Position numbers and translations under genes: made by a program. Source: Parvularia atlantis (lineage: Eukaryota). Taken from it: a stretch of DNA of 21,393 nucleotides. The notes beneath the pieces were generated by a model, which was not told the DNA's origin, ran no database searches, and saw nothing but the letters and a program-made list of their open reading frames with translations. Shown in pieces: positions 19,207 to 21,393 of the stretch. Each line of letters starts with the position of its first letter. The first letter of the stretch is position 1. The stretch is taken from positions 62,001-83,393 of the forward strand of contig CALSCO010000043.1 of the NCBI GenBank assembly GCA_943704415.1, read 5' to 3'.

Positions 19207-21393
19207 ATGCTGCCGCGCGGCGCACGGCACGTCGCAGCTCTCGCGCTGGTCGTGCTGGCCGCGGCCGTTGGCACGGCGCACGCCGCCGACTCGTGTCTCG
19301 CCTACGCCGGTGCGCGCCGCTGTCAACAACAACAACAAAAAAAAAAGGCTCGCCGCGGTCGTGGTTGACGGGTTCGCGGACGCAGCGACGTTCTCGCAGG
19401 CGTACCCTGGCTACAGCCCGAACTGCGTCATGTCTGCGTGCGTTTGTCGTGCGACGTGAGAGAGGGGGGGATCCCCGCTGCTGACGGGCGGATCGCGCTT
19501 GTCGAAAGGCCGCGCAACATCTTCTGCTCGTTCGACTCGACGTCGTACCCGTTCTGCGGGCCGACGTCGTGCCAGCAGGTCAAGGACTACGGCCCATACA
19601 TGCAGCAGCGCTGCAACATGCAGCTGGGCGCGTGCTGCTCGTGCTCGCTCTCGTGCGGCTTCTGCACGGCCAACCGCAAGGACGAGTTCGTCGACTGCTC
19701 GTGCACCATCCCCTACTACGACGCGTGCACGGCGTGCATCCCGCGCACCGGCGCGCCGTACTACGGCCCGACGTGCTCGGGCATCTGCCCGGCGTGCGTC
19801 AACGGTGCGTGCGGCGCGTCCTGTGCGCGCAGCCTGAGCCGTCCGCCGCGAAGGAACGTGCCGCTCGGGCCCGACGGGCGACGGCGGCTGCACGTGCATC
19901 ACGGGCTACGGCGGGGCGCTGTGCAACACCAGTGCGCCCTCCGCCATCGCCCGCTGCGCCCGCTCATCCGCGCCGCGCAGCCGTCTGCGGCGACGGGCTC
20001 GTCCTGGGCGACGAGCAGTGCGACACGGGCGTGGCGGTCAACAGCCGCATCAACTGCCCGTACGGCCAGACCTCGTGCGGCGCGGGCTGCTACCAGTGCC
20101 GGAACGTGACCTTTGAGGTGAGGCGCGGCGCCTCGTGCCCGCGATCGCGCCCTCACGCCGCGCGCAGAACGAACCGACCGCGTACAACGTCCGCTACTGC
20201 GGCGACGGCATCATCACGACCAACGGCTGGCTTAACCAGTCCACGGCGCAGAACGAGGCGTGCGACACGGGCCCCAGCGTCAACAGCCCTTGGCGCTGCC
20301 AGTATGGCGTGCCGAGCTGCTCGGGCTGCTACCAGTGCAAGAGCATCTCGCCGCCCGTACGCGCGCACGCGGTGGGCGAATATTTCCCCCCTGACTGACC
20401 GAGCGCACGGCGCGCAGAACCCAAACATACTCACGGCACGGTGCGGCGACGGCATCGTCCAGACCGGCTGGCCGGGCCAATCGAGGGACGAGCAGTGCGA
20501 CCTGGGCGCGGCCAACGGCGGCGTGAGCGGATGCAACAACCAGTGCCAGTTCTTCACGCCCACGCCGTCCGCGACCGCCACAGCCACGTTCACTCCCTTC
20601 ACGCCGAGCGCGACCGCCAGCGCGTCGGCGAGCGAGACGGCCACGGCGACCGCGACGGGCACGGCGACGATGGAGATGACGCCGAGTGCGACCGCGAGCG
20701 CGACAGCGTTGGAGAACGAGACAGCCTCGGCGACAGAGACATCCGCGCCCACGGCCGCAGCGACTCCCACTACGACCTTGACGCCCACGGCCGCAGCGAC
20801 TCCCACTACGACCTTGACGCCCACGGCCGCAGCGACTCCCAGTACGACATCCGCGCCCACGGCCGCGGCAACACCCACTACGACCTTGACGCCCACGGCC
20901 GCAGCGACCGCTTCTTTGACTGCCATGGCGAGCGCGACCGCAACAGCGAGCGCGATGGACACCGCGTCAAGCACTGCGACAGCAAGCGCATCGGACACCG
21001 CGACGGCGTCCTCGTCTGAGACCGCGACCGACACGGTATTCGCCTCGGCGTCCGCCACCGCATCCACCTCGGCAACGGCTTCTGCCACCGACTCGGACAC
21101 CGCCAGTGCGACGGCCAGCGCGACCACGACGCCGCGCGCGACCATCACGCCCACGCCCACACCCACGCCGGTCTACTACACCGCGACCGTACGCCGCACC
21201 AGCGCGGGCGCCGCAAGCTCGTACCTGAACGAGCAAGTCGGCTCGGCCGGTCTCGACGCGGCCGTCGTGTTCCAGGCGACCGTCACGCCCTCGCCGCTGC
21301 CCACGGCCAGCCTTCTCTACACGTGGACGTGCATTAATCCCATCGCCGTGTGCCCGCAGATCACGCAGACCAACCAGGTGCGCTTGTGTGAGC
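19207..21393 (+). CDS. Large secreted or cell-surface Cys-rich protein: EGF-like unit, three CGDG..E.CD.G (Myxococcus cysteine-rich-type) repeats, a Ser/Thr/Ala mucin-like stalk, then a possible REJ/PKD-like domain. 3'-truncated
   Basis: Signal peptide MLPRGARHVAALALVVLAAAVGTAHA-AD. Introns at 19310-19385, 19438-19508 and 19805-19853 (the latter two end in AAG), three more, and one starting near 21378. EGF-like CPACVNGTCRSGPTGDGGCTCITGYGGALCN. Repeats VCGDGLVLGDEQCDTG, YCGDGII..EACDTG and RCGDGIVQ..DEQCDLG. T/S/A-rich region at about 20555-21170, followed by VVFQATVTP..LLYTWTC. Confidence 0.85.
19325..19347. repeat. (CAA)n plus poly-A tract inside intron 1 of the Cys-rich gene
   Basis: CAACAACAACAACAAAAAAAAAA read directly. 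Confidence 0.9.
20738..20910 (+). repeat. 36-nt coding minisatellite, about 4.7 copies, encoding PTAAATPTTTLT / PTAAATPSTTSA
   Basis: Unit GCCCACGGCCGCAGCGACTCCCACTACGACCTTGAC starts at 20747, 20783, 20819, 20855 and (partial) 20891. Confidence 0.95.

Noticed and set aside
9880..20910. The 11-nt and 36-nt repeats as a CRISPR-like array
   Set aside because: Both are head-to-tail tandem repeats with no unique spacers. One is intronic, the other is coding, and there are no cas genes.
20153..21166. 337-aa Val/Ala-rich ORF on the minus strand
   Set aside because: It is the antisense mirror of the Thr/Ser/Ala mucin-like exon (ACN/GCN codons read backwards).
14..21236. Dozens of long overlapping Arg/Ala-rich ORFs in the six-frame track (e.g. 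3980-5518 -, 4237-5649 -, 11159-12379 +, 12330-13508 -, 13728-14669 +)
   Set aside because: These are shadow ORFs caused by very high GC and scarce stop codons. They overlap spliced genes with clear family motifs and have no motifs of their own.
1898..21393. Introns as a family of introner transposable elements
   Set aside because: The intron bodies share only splice signals and GC-alternating composition. By eye I see no extended sequence identity or terminal inverted repeats between them; a genome-wide all-vs-all intron comparison would settle it.

Overview
This is a very GC-rich, extremely compact eukaryotic (protist-like) nuclear genome segment, not prokaryotic; the organism cannot be identified from the sequence. 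The raw ORF track is mostly misleading because the genes are broken by about 75 short spliceosomal introns (43-77 nt by my manual splicing). These have a GTGCG-type donor, a CTGAC/CTGAT/CTCAC-like branch point, essentially no polypyrimidine tract, and a CAG or AAG acceptor. Manual splicing gives 11 protein genes: the 3' part of Integrator subunit 1 (+), long-form RNase Z (+), an orphan 7-TM receptor-like protein (-), a secreted M28 metallopeptidase with a C-terminal FN3-like domain (+), a TIC32/RDH-like SDR (+), a bacterial-type RlmL THUMP methyltransferase (-), a NUDT20/YJR142W-like Nudix hydrolase (+), a PCTP-like START protein (-), an MFSD6-like transporter (-), a membrane-anchored hexokinase (+), and the 5' part of a large Cys-rich/mucin-like surface protein (+). 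There is also one intron-containing tRNA-Gln(TTG) (-). Most notable: two head-to-head gene pairs with start codons only 28 and 32 nt apart that share a small motif; a tRNA wedged 55 nt after one stop codon and 29 nt before the next ATG; about 7% GC-AG introns and about 8% AAG acceptors; and an intronised bacterial-type RlmL. All family calls are from recalled motifs, not database searches.
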